A DNA stretch of 64,000 nucleotides from an uncultured Kiritimatiellota bacterium (GTDB lineage Bacteria; Verrucomicrobiota; Kiritimatiellia; RFP12; DVOR01): contig CALXSE010000001.1 of the NCBI GenBank assembly GCA_944391085.1, positions 71,857 to 135,856 of the forward strand. The letters run 5' to 3'. Shown here piece after piece: positions 8,205 through 15,875 of the stretch. The notes under the pieces were generated by a model. It had not been told where the DNA came from and ran no database searches. It saw only the letters and a program-made list of their open reading frames with translations. The position numbers and the translations under genes were made by a program. How positions within the stretch are numbered: position 1 is the stretch's first letter; the number at the start of each line of letters is the position of its first letter.

Positions 8205-9105
8205 GCCCCCCCTGCCCCTCTTACCGAACCTGGAGCTGGGGGCCGAGCTCGGCCGCGGCGGCACGGCCACCGTCTACCGCGCGCGCCAGCTCTCCACGGG
8301 GCGCGAGGTGGCCGTGAAGGTGCTGGACGCGGACTTCGTGCGCACGCCCGAGGACGTGGAGCGCTTCCTGCGCGAGGCCAAGGCCTGCGCCCGCTTCCGC
8401 CACCGCAACATCGTGCGCGTCTACGACGTGGGCCAGGAGGGCGGCGCCTACTACTTCGTCATGGAGCTGGTGGAGGGCTACACCTTCGCCAGCTACCTGC
8501 GGCGCAAGGGCCAGGTGGCGGTGGGGGACGTGCTCATCATCGTCGAGGCCGTCTGCGCCGCGCTCCGCTACGCCTGGCAGAAGTTCCGCGTCGTCCACTG
8601 CGACCTCAAGCCCGACAACCTCATGGTCGACGCCGACGGCACCGTCAAGCTCATGGATCTGGGCATCGCGCGCTCGCTCCTCACCGCCGCGCGCGGCGCC
8701 GGCGCGGACGCCGCCGGCGAAATCATGGGCACCCCGGCCTACATCAGCCCAGACCAGATTTACGACCTGCCCGACCTCGACTGCCGCGCCGACATCTACG
8801 CCCTCGGCGCCACGGCCTACCACCTGCTCACCGGCTCCACCCTCTTCCCCGGCAAGACCGACCAGCAGGTGGTGGACGCGCACATCGGCCCCAACTTCGC
8901 GCGCGACCCGCGCGTCCTGGCCCCCGCCGTCCCCCGCGCCCTCGCCCTCATGCTCAACAGGATGCTTGCGAAAGACCGCGCGTTGCGCTATCCTAATTGG
9001 GAAACGTTGGAGGCCGACATCGCCCGCCTCTACGCCGGCGAGGAACTCTTGGCCACCCCCCTGCAGCCGGGCGAGAGCTCCGTCGGCTTCAACGCGGAAT
9101 GGTAA
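8197..9105 (+). CDS. Hanks-type Ser/Thr protein kinase, kinase domain only
   Basis: GRGGTATVY...AVK (ATP site), HCDLKPDN catalytic loop, DLG, GTPAYISPD activation segment. The ATG overlaps the upstream stop (ATGCGTGA, 8-nt overlap). Confidence 0.9.
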   Translation: MREPPLPLLPNLELGAELGRGGTATVYRARQLSTGREVAVKVLDADFVRTPEDVERFLREAKACARFRHRNIVRVYDVGQEGGAYYFVMELVEGYTFASYLRRKGQVAVGDVLIIVEAVCAALRYAWQKFRVVHCDLKPDNLMVDADGTVKLMDLGIARSLLTAARGAGADAAGEIMGTPAYISPDQIYDLPDLDCRADIYALGATAYHLLTGSTLFPGKTDQQVVDAHIGPNFARDPRVLAPAVPRALALMLNRMLAKDRALRYPNWETLEADIARLYAGEELLATPLQPGESSVGFNAEW

Positions 9106-9122
9106 CACGAAAGGAACGCACC

Positions 9123-10139
9123 ATGCACATCCTCGTCACCGGCGGCGCCGGCTACATCGGCACCCACACCGTCATCGAGCTCCTCCAGGCCGGCTACGAC
9201 GTCACCATCGTCGACAACCTCTACAACTCCCAGGAGGAGGCCGTCCGCCGCGGCGCCGAGCTCGCCGGCCGCGCCCCCGCCTTCCACAAGGTCGACCTGC
9301 TGGACTACGACGCGCTCGAGGGCGTCTTCAAGGCCGCGCACTACGACGCGGTCATCCACTTCGCCGGCCTCAAGGCCGTCGGCGAATCCGTCTCCAAGCC
9401 CCTCTTCTACTACCACAACAACATGACCGGCACCTTCAACCTGCTCAAGCTCATGAAGCAGTACGGCTGCCGCAACATCGTCTTCTCCTCCTCCGCCACC
9501 GTCTACGGCATGCCCGAGAGGGTCCCCCTCGACGAGCACTGCGCCACCGGCGCCCTCAACCCCTACGGCGCCACCAAGCTCTTCCTCGAGCGCGTCCTCA
9601 GCGACGTCCACGCCGCCGAGCCCGACCTCGGCGTCATGCTCCTGCGCTACTTCAACCCCGTCGGCGCGCACCCCTCCGGCCGCATCGGCGAGAACCCCAA
9701 CGGCATCCCCAACAACCTCATGCCCTACATCGCCCAGGTCGCCGTCGGCCGCCTCCCCAAGGTCCGCGTCTTCGGCGACGACTACCCCACCAAGGACGGC
9801 ACCGGCGTGCGCGACTACATCCACGTCGTCGACCTCGCCCGCGGGCACCTCGCCGCCCTCAGGAAACTCGAGCAGGAACCCGGCGCGCTCTACACCGTCA
9901 ACCTCGGCACCGGCACCGGCTACTCCGTCCTCGACATGATCCACGCCTTCTCCCGCGCCTGCGGCAAGGACATCCCCTACGAGATCGTCGCCCGCCGCCC
10001 CGGCGACGCCCCCGAATGCTACGCCGACCCCACCTACGCCAAGGAACTCCTCGGCTGGCAGGCCACCCACACCCTCGACGACATGTGCGCCTCCTCCTGG
10101 AAGTGGCAATCCATGAACCCCAACGGCTACGGCGCCTGA
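9123..10139 (+). CDS. galE: UDP-glucose 4-epimerase
   Basis: Start at MHILVTGGAGYIGTHTV (Rossmann GxxGxxG). Also SSSATVYG, PYGATK (YxxxK) and DYIHVVDLA. SD GAAAGGAAC lies upstream. Confidence 0.95.
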   Translation: MHILVTGGAGYIGTHTVIELLQAGYDVTIVDNLYNSQEEAVRRGAELAGRAPAFHKVDLLDYDALEGVFKAAHYDAVIHFAGLKAVGESVSKPLFYYHNNMTGTFNLLKLMKQYGCRNIVFSSSATVYGMPERVPLDEHCATGALNPYGATKLFLERVLSDVHAAEPDLGVMLLRYFNPVGAHPSGRIGENPNGIPNNLMPYIAQVAVGRLPKVRVFGDDYPTKDGTGVRDYIHVVDLARGHLAALRKLEQEPGALYTVNLGTGTGYSVLDMIHAFSRACGKDIPYEIVARRPGDAPECYADPTYAKELLGWQATHTLDDMCASSWKWQSMNPNGYGA

Positions 10140-10156
10140 ACCCCGCCCCACCCCGC

Positions 10157-10183
10157 GAAAGCCCCGGCCCCGCCGGGGCTTTC
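10157..10183. terminator. Hairpin between convergent galE and the acyltransferase gene
   Basis: GAAAGCCCCGGC-CCC-GCCGGGGCTTTC (12-bp stem). Flanking A/T runs are only 3 nt. Confidence 0.5.
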
Positions 10184-10188
10184 CGCTC

Positions 10189-11238
10189 TCACCGCCCCCC
10201 GAACGCCACCGCCGCGAACCCCGGCGCGAACCGCCGCAGCAACCACGACGCCCCCAGTCCCCCGCCCAACCCCCCGCACACGTGCAGCGCCCACTGCGCC
10301 GCCGTCCCCCGAAGCGGCCCCAAGGCCGGCACGGCCGAAAATGCCCCCTGCACCAGGAAAATCCCGAACAGGTGCGTCAGGAACAACGGAAAAGCCAGCC
10401 CCGTGAACCCCCGCGGCCACGCCCGCGCCGGAATCAGCCCCCACAGCCCCAGCAACGCCAGCGGCTGAGACACCACCCATGCCCGGATGAACCGCACGTC
10501 CAGCCCCGGTAGGGCGAACCCCACCACCCCCGCCGCCAGCAGGCACGCCCCCAGCCGCGGCCCAATGCGCAGGGACACGGGCCACAGCCTCAGCCACAGC
10601 CCCAACGCGAAGCAAAACAACCCCCGCAGAGACAAGAGCGCCGTCCCGCCCAACACTTCCCGCCACGCGGCCGGGTACGGATGGAACAAATACAGCCCCC
10701 ACAGCGCCGCCAGCAAGGCCAAGCCCCACCACCGCCCCCGGCGGATCGGCCACAGCAACAACGGGCTGGCCAAGACAAACAGGAACAACGTCCGCACGAA
10801 CCACAGCCCCCACAGCCCGGGCGGCCCGAACGAGCCCACGCCGAAGACCCGCGCCCAGGCGTTGGGCGTCGCCGGGAAACCCGCGAAGAGCGCCTCGCCC
10901 GCCAGCGCGTGCCGCGCCGCCGCCAGGCACCCGGCGAAGGCCGACCACAAGACCATCCAAAGGAAATACGGCACGAGCAGGGAACGCACCCGCTTGCGCG
11001 CCTCGCGCCCCCACCACCCCGCCTCCCCCACGTGCCCCGCGAGGAAATACCCCGAGGCCAGGAAAAAGAACGGCACCGGCAGGTTGCCGAACCCCCACGT
11101 CATGATCTGCTGGAGCCACCGCGAGGCCCCGTCCATCTGCCCATAGAACCCCGAGTGGGACACGGCGATCAGGCACGCGCAGACGATGCCCATGTTCGCG
11201 AGCCTGGCGCTCACGTCCGCCGACACGGATGCTTGCAT
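10189..11238 (-). CDS. Acyltransferase family 3 (OafA/YrhL-like) integral membrane protein
   Basis: Start at MQASVSADVSARLANMGIVCACLIAVSH. About 10 hydrophobic helices. The acyltransferase_3-like N-terminal pattern and position next to galE suggest glycan O-acylation. Confidence 0.75.
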   Translation of the reverse strand: MQASVSADVSARLANMGIVCACLIAVSHSGFYGQMDGASRWLQQIMTWGFGNLPVPFFFLASGYFLAGHVGEAGWWGREARKRVRSLLVPYFLWMVLWSAFAGCLAAARHALAGEALFAGFPATPNAWARVFGVGSFGPPGLWGLWFVRTLFLFVLASPLLLWPIRRGRWWGLALLAALWGLYLFHPYPAAWREVLGGTALLSLRGLFCFALGLWLRLWPVSLRIGPRLGACLLAAGVVGFALPGLDVRFIRAWVVSQPLALLGLWGLIPARAWPRGFTGLAFPLFLTHLFGIFLVQGAFSAVPALGPLRGTAAQWALHVCGGLGGGLGASWLLRRFAPGFAAVAFGGR

Positions 11239-11257
11239 AAAACACGCTCCTCTTTCC

Positions 11258-11380
11258 ATACCCCAATCGAGGCCCTAGGACGGCCCATCCGCGGATACGG
11301 CAAGGGGAGCGCGCCAAAACGGCGCGCCCCACCAAACCGGCTGCCCACGGATGAAATTTCCTAGGTTTCGATTGGGACAA
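11258..11380 (-). promoter_or_regulatory. Rod-like structured 5' leader (candidate riboregulator) of the acyltransferase gene
   Basis: Nested helices on the minus strand. P1: CCCAATCGA/TCGATTGGG plus CCTAGG/CCTAGG. P2: CATCCGTGG/CCGCGGATG. P3: GGGGCGCGCC/GGCGCGC(U)CCCC with loop GUUUU. Confidence 0.35.
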
Positions 11381-11431
11381 CCTGTTCGCGCAAAGCGCAA
11401 CGATGCGACGGCTCTTCCGCCGCGTGCGCCC

Positions 11432-11440
11432 ATGATAGCA
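11432..11440 (-). promoter_or_regulatory. Extended -10 TGCTATCAT
   Basis: Minus strand TTTTTGCTATCATGGG, about 190 nt upstream of ATG 11238. Confidence 0.4.
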
Positions 11441-11485
11441 AAAAGATGCAGAGGTGCGGAAGCGCTGGATTTTTGGGTTGAGATG

Positions 11486-11494
11486 TGGTAGAGT
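11486..11494 (+). promoter_or_regulatory. Extended -10 TGGTAGAGT (kdsA operon)
   Basis: TGTGGTAGAGTATGG, 30 nt upstream of the kdsA ATG. AAAGGAGG SD in the leader. Confidence 0.5.
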
Positions 11495-11523
11495 ATGGGC
11501 GAAATGAGCAAAAGGAGGCGTGG

Positions 11524-12354
11524 ATGGCCGATTGCAAAGTGGTGAAGGTGGACGGGCGCGTGTCGTTCGGGGACGGCGGGCTGACGGTGATGGCCGGGCC
11601 CTGCGTCATCGAGGGGCGCGAGGCGTGCCTGAAGCTGGCCGAGGCGCTTGCCAAGCTCACCGCCGAGCTGCATATCCCCTACATCTTCAAGGCCTCCTTC
11701 GACAAGGCCAACCGCACGAGCCTCTCGGCGTACCGCGGGCCGGGGCTGGAAAAAGGCCTCGAGATCCTGGCCGAGGTGAAGGCCAGGTTCGGCGTGCCGC
11801 TCGTGACGGACGTGCATGAGCCGTGGCAATGCGCCCCGGTGGCAGAGGTGTGCGACGTGCTGCAGATCCCCGCCTTCCTGTGCCGCCAGACGGATCTGGT
11901 CGTCGCCGCGGCGAAGACCGGGCGCGTGGTGAACATCAAGAAGGGCCAGTTCCTGGCGCCCGAAGACATGATCAACGTGGTGCGCAAGGTGGAGAGCGAG
12001 GGCAACGACCGCATCGTGCTCACCGAGCGCGGGGCGAGCTTCGGCTACCACAACCTGGTGGCGGACATGCGCTCGCTGCTGGTGATGCGCGAGCTGGGCT
12101 ACCCCGTGGTCTTCGACGCCACCCACAGCGTCCAGCGCCCCGGCGGGCTGGGCTCGGGCAGCGGCGGCGACGGCCGCTGGGCGCCGGCCCTGGCCCGCGC
12201 CGCGGTGGCCACGGGGGTGGACGGCGTCTTCATGGAAACCCACTTCAACCCGCCGGAGGCCCTCTCCGACGCCGCCAACGCCATCGCCTTCAGCGCGTTG
12301 GGCGACCTGCTGGGCAAGCTCCTGAAAATCCACGAGGCGGTGCGTTCAAAATGA
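11524..12354 (+). CDS. kdsA: 3-deoxy-8-phosphooctulonate (KDO-8-P) synthase
   Basis: Start at MADCKVVKV. Also GPCVIE, YIFKASFDKANRTS, QIPAFLCRQTDL, KKGQF, VFDATHSVQ. Confidence 0.95.
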   Translation: MADCKVVKVDGRVSFGDGGLTVMAGPCVIEGREACLKLAEALAKLTAELHIPYIFKASFDKANRTSLSAYRGPGLEKGLEILAEVKARFGVPLVTDVHEPWQCAPVAEVCDVLQIPAFLCRQTDLVVAAAKTGRVVNIKKGQFLAPEDMINVVRKVESEGNDRIVLTERGASFGYHNLVADMRSLLVMRELGYPVVFDATHSVQRPGGLGSGSGGDGRWAPALARAAVATGVDGVFMETHFNPPEALSDAANAIAFSALGDLLGKLLKIHEAVRSK

Positions 12355-12899
12355 GGCTTCCGGCATTGGCGGCGGCGGCGCTGGCATGCGCCTGCGCCAC
12401 GGCCGGGGAGGCCGAGGCGTGGGCCAGGGTCTCCCCCGAGGCCGTGGCGCGCTACGCCGCGCCCGGCGACCCCGCGCGGTACGTCCCCCTGGCCCGGCGC
12501 CTGCAGGCGCCGCCCGAGGAGCTGGGGCCGCCGGCGCGGGGGCTGCGCCTCCCCGTGCGGAGCTTCCCGGACGGGCGCGCCGAGGTGATGCTCCACGCGG
12601 AAACGGCCTGGGCGAGCCCGGACATGATGCTCCTGCGGGGGAGGAACGTGCGCGTGGAGGCCTTCAACGCCGACGGTTCGCCCGCCGAGACGCTCTGGGC
12701 CGAGGAGGCGGTGGTGGACCGCACGGCGATGCTGGCCGTGGCCAAAGGCGCTGTGCGCCTGGAGCGCGGGGGCGACACGCTCACCGGCGTGGGCGCGCTC
12801 GCCGACCTGGACGCGCAATACGTGAAAGTGCTCCGCCGGGCGCGCATCGACACCGCGCGCCTGCGGGGCGTGGACCTGACCGAACGCGGCATCTTTTGA
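12351..12899 (+). CDS. LptC-like periplasmic protein (assignment mainly by position)
   Basis: MRLPALAAAALACACATAGEA N-terminus and a 182-aa beta-rich protein. ATGA overlap with the kdsA stop. Sits in the lptC slot just before lptA-lptB. Confidence 0.45.
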   Translation: MRLPALAAAALACACATAGEAEAWARVSPEAVARYAAPGDPARYVPLARRLQAPPEELGPPARGLRLPVRSFPDGRAEVMLHAETAWASPDMMLLRGRNVRVEAFNADGSPAETLWAEEAVVDRTAMLAVAKGAVRLERGGDTLTGVGALADLDAQYVKVLRRARIDTARLRGVDLTERGIF

Positions 12900-12910
12900 C
12901 GAGGACGACG

Positions 12911-13465
12911 ATGAAACGGATTCTGCTCTTGACGATGGCGGCCTGGTGCGCGGCGGCGTTTGCCGCGGAAGGCGCGGACGACGACGGGATGGCCGCCGCG
13001 CGCGAGGCGCTCCTGGCGCCCGCCGAGCCCCCGCCGCGGCTGGCCCTGCCCGACACGACAATCACGGCCAAGCGCATGGAGTACAACTACAAGGAGGCGG
13101 TGGCCATCCTCACCGACGACGTGGTGGTGGACGACGCGCGCTTCCGCCTCACCTCCGACCGGCTCTTCGTCTTCCTCGACGGCACCAACAGCCTCAGCCA
13201 GCTGGTGGTGGTCGGCAACGTGGCCGTCTCCAACGAGAACCGCCGCGCCTACTGCGACAAGGCCGTCTACACCCACGCCGACGGGCGCCTGGTGATGGTG
13301 GGCGACGCCAAGCTCTCCAGCCTCGAGCCCGACGGCTCGACGCGCAACGTGAAGGGCGACAAGATCACCATCTGGACGAACGAGGAGCGCATGGAGGTCT
13401 ACCCGAACCCCGAGCTCACCTTCCCCGCCGGCGCGGCGAAGGATCTGGAGGGCCTGCGGAAATGA
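12911..13465 (+). CDS. lptA: LPS transport periplasmic protein LptA (OstA N-terminal fold)
   Basis: Signal peptide MKRILLLTMAAWCAAAFA. OstA-like pattern ITAKRMEYNYKEAVAILTDDVVVDD...LTSDRLFVFLD...VVGNVAV...AYCDKAVYTHADGRLVMVGDAKL. Confidence 0.72.
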   Translation: MKRILLLTMAAWCAAAFAAEGADDDGMAAAREALLAPAEPPPRLALPDTTITAKRMEYNYKEAVAILTDDVVVDDARFRLTSDRLFVFLDGTNSLSQLVVVGNVAVSNENRRAYCDKAVYTHADGRLVMVGDAKLSSLEPDGSTRNVKGDKITIWTNEERMEVYPNPELTFPAGAAKDLEGLRK

Positions 13466-14205
13466 CGGACGCCCCCGAGCAGACGCCCGACGTGGTGGCC
13501 GAGGGCCTCAGGAAGGTCTACGGCGCGCGCACGGTGGTCAACGGCATCTCCATCAACGCGCGCTGCGGCGAGTGCGTGGGCCTGCTGGGCCCCAACGGCG
13601 CCGGCAAGACGACGACCTTCTACATGGTCGTGGGCCTGGTGCGCCCCGACGGCGGGACGGTGCGCTTCCGCGGGCAGGACATCACCCGGATGCCCGTCTA
13701 CAAGCGCGCCCGCATCGGCCTGGGCTACCTGGCGCAGGAGCCGAGCGTCTTCCGCCGCCTGAGCGTGGAGGAGAACGTGCTGGCCATCCTCGAGACGATG
13801 CGCCCCACGCGCGCCGAGAAGAAGGCCCGCCTGGAGGAGCTCCTCGAAAGCCTGGGCCTGACCAAGGTGGCCAAGCAGCCGGCCTACACCCTCTCGGGCG
13901 GCGAGCGGCGCAAGCTGGAAATCGCCCGCGCCCTGGTGCGCAGGCCCGCCATCCTGATGCTCGACGAGCCCTTCGCGGGCGTCGACCCGCTGGCGGTGGA
14001 CGACATCCAGAACATCGTCCGCGGCCTCAAGGCCCAGGGCCTGGGCGTGATCATCACCGACCACAACGTGCGCGAGACGCTCGACATCGTCGACCGCGCC
14101 TACATCGTCTTCGAGGGCCGCATCCTCTGCGAGGGCACCAGCCGCGAGCTGATCGAGAACCCCGAAGCCAGACACTCTTACCTCGGCGAGAACTTCCGGA
14201 TGTGA
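13462..14205 (+). CDS. lptB: LPS export ABC transporter ATPase LptB
   Basis: Walker A GPNGAGKTT, signature LSGGERRKLE, Walker B ILMLDEPFAG, H-loop ITDHN. ATGA overlap with lptA. Confidence 0.93.
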   Translation: MTDAPEQTPDVVAEGLRKVYGARTVVNGISINARCGECVGLLGPNGAGKTTTFYMVVGLVRPDGGTVRFRGQDITRMPVYKRARIGLGYLAQEPSVFRRLSVEENVLAILETMRPTRAEKKARLEELLESLGLTKVAKQPAYTLSGGERRKLEIARALVRRPAILMLDEPFAGVDPLAVDDIQNIVRGLKAQGLGVIITDHNVRETLDIVDRAYIVFEGRILCEGTSRELIENPEARHSYLGENFRM

Positions 14206-14248
14206 AGGCGCCGGGCAACCCCACACCAAGCAGAAAGGCAGGTGCAGC

Positions 14249-14578
14249 ATGACAGTAGAAGTCAACGCCCGTCACAAAAACATTTCCGAGGCCTTCCGGG
14301 ACTATGCCCGGCAGCGCGGCGAAAAGATCGGGGAGGCCTTCCCCATGGTCGAGTCGGTGCGCGTGGTGATGGATTTCCAGAACAAGCTCTGCGCGGCCGA
14401 GATCATCGCCCAGCGCAAGGACGAGATGTTCGTGGGCACCGCCAACACCGACACCTCCATGCGCGCGGCCGTGGACATGGCCGCCGCCAAGGTCGAGACA
14501 CAGATCCGCAAGAAACGCGCCAAGGCCTACGTCGAGCCGGCCCGCAAGGCCGCCCAGGCCGCCGAGGCCGCCAAGTAA
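14249..14578 (+). CDS. hpf: Ribosome hibernation promoting factor (short HPF/RaiA, S30AE family)
   Basis: 109 aa: MTVEVNARHKNISEAFRDYARQRGEKI...VESVRVVMDFQNK...AEIIAQRKDEMFVGTANTDTSMRAAVDMAAAKVETQIRK matches the HPF fold pattern. Confidence 0.85.
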   Translation: MTVEVNARHKNISEAFRDYARQRGEKIGEAFPMVESVRVVMDFQNKLCAAEIIAQRKDEMFVGTANTDTSMRAAVDMAAAKVETQIRKKRAKAYVEPARKAAQAAEAAK

Positions 14579-14588
14579 GGAAGGCCCC

Positions 14589-15587
14589 ATGGCCGAGGCG
14601 CCCCGCCCGCTCACCATCAACACCGTCCCCGCCGCCTCCCTCACGGTGGGGCGCTTCCTGCACGCGGCCTTCGAGCCGCTCGGGCTCGAGGTGTTGGCCG
14701 GCAAGGAGGGGCTGGGGCGCATCATCCTCGAGCCCGTGCTGCACCGCCCCGGGCTGGCGCTCACGGGCTTCTATGAGTTCTTCGCCTGGCGCCAGATGCA
14801 GCTCTTCGGCCGCTCGGAGCTCACCTACCTGCGCACCCTGGAGATGGCGTGCCGCCGCGCGCGCTGGGAGGAGCTCCTCCGGCGCGACGTGCCCTGCGTC
14901 ATCCTCTGCGCGGCGGACAAGGAACCGCTCGACGGCGACCTGCTGGCGCTGGCCGACCGCATGGGTGTGCCCGTGCTGGCCACGCGCCAGAAATCCTTCG
15001 CCGTCTTCCGCGTCGGCTCGCTGCTGTTGCACGAGCTCACCAGCCCCCGCGCCACCGTGCACGGGACGCTGGTGGACGTGCGCGGCGTGGGCGTGCTCCT
15101 GGTGGGCCCGCCCGGCATCGGCAAGAGCGAGACGGCCCTGGGCCTGGTGCGCCACGGCTGCGCGCTGGTGGCCGACGACGTGACCCGCCTCTGGGTGGAC
15201 GCCCACGGCGCGCTGTGGGGCGCGGCACCCGAGCACCTGCGCGGCTTCATGGAAATCCGCGGGCTGGGGTTGCTGCACGTGCCCACCCTCTTCGGCATCT
15301 CCGCCGTGCGCCCGGAGAACCGGCTCGAGCTCATCGTCTCGCTGCGCCGCTGCGGCCCGGAGGACGACATCGACCGCGTGGGCTCGGACGTGCAGACCTG
15401 CGAGGTGCTGGGCAAGCACGTGCAGCGCCTGGTCATCCCCGTGGCAGCGGGGCGCGACTTCGTGAACGTGGTGGAGACCGCCGCCGCCACCTACAAGATG
15501 AGATGCTCGGGGATGGACGCCGCGGCCGTCCTCGACGAACAGCTCGTCTCACACTACCAAACCCTGGAGGCTCCCCATGAGCAATGA
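14589..15587 (+). CDS. hprK: HPr kinase/phosphorylase
   Basis: GVGVLLVGPPGIGKSETALGLVRHGCALVADD P-loop plus the EIRGLGLL signature. 332 aa, so both domains are present. Confidence 0.9.
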   Translation: MAEAPRPLTINTVPAASLTVGRFLHAAFEPLGLEVLAGKEGLGRIILEPVLHRPGLALTGFYEFFAWRQMQLFGRSELTYLRTLEMACRRARWEELLRRDVPCVILCAADKEPLDGDLLALADRMGVPVLATRQKSFAVFRVGSLLLHELTSPRATVHGTLVDVRGVGVLLVGPPGIGKSETALGLVRHGCALVADDVTRLWVDAHGALWGAAPEHLRGFMEIRGLGLLHVPTLFGISAVRPENRLELIVSLRRCGPEDDIDRVGSDVQTCEVLGKHVQRLVIPVAAGRDFVNVVETAAATYKMRCSGMDAAAVLDEQLVSHYQTLEAPHEQ

Positions 15588-15858
15588 AGCATCCGTGACA
15601 GTCGTCCTCAAGAACAAGTATGGCATGCACGTGCGCCCGGCCGGGCTCTTCGCCAAGACCGCCGCGCGCTACCGCGCCGACGTCACCGTGGAAAAGGACG
15701 GCGTCGTCGTCCCCGGCAAGAGCATCATGGCCCTGATGACCCTCGAGGCCGTCAACGGCACCACCCTCACCATCCGCGCCACCGGCGAGGAGGCCCAAAA
15801 GGCCGTCGCCGAGCTCGAGGCGCTGGTGGAGCGGAAGTTCGACCTCCCCGACGAGTGA
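15577..15858 (+). CDS. ptsH: Phosphocarrier protein HPr
   Basis: 93 aa. His site KNKYGMHVRPAG and regulatory Ser site GKSIMALMTL. 11-nt overlap with hprK. Confidence 0.9.
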   Translation: MSNEASVTVVLKNKYGMHVRPAGLFAKTAARYRADVTVEKDGVVVPGKSIMALMTLEAVNGTTLTIRATGEEAQKAVAELEALVERKFDLPDE

Positions 15859-15875
15859 GCCCCGGGAGGCGCCGC

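Noticed and set aside
8980-9000. GCGCTATCCTAATTGG inside the 3' end of the kinase gene as an internal promoter for galE
   Set aside because: The TG is not at the extended -10 spacing and the hexamer is ambiguous. galE can be read through from the kinase transcript.
14206-14248. Looked for an rpoN gene or remnant between lptB and hpf
   Set aside because: Only 43 nt of spacer are present, with no ORF or pseudogene fragment, so rpoN is simply absent at this position.
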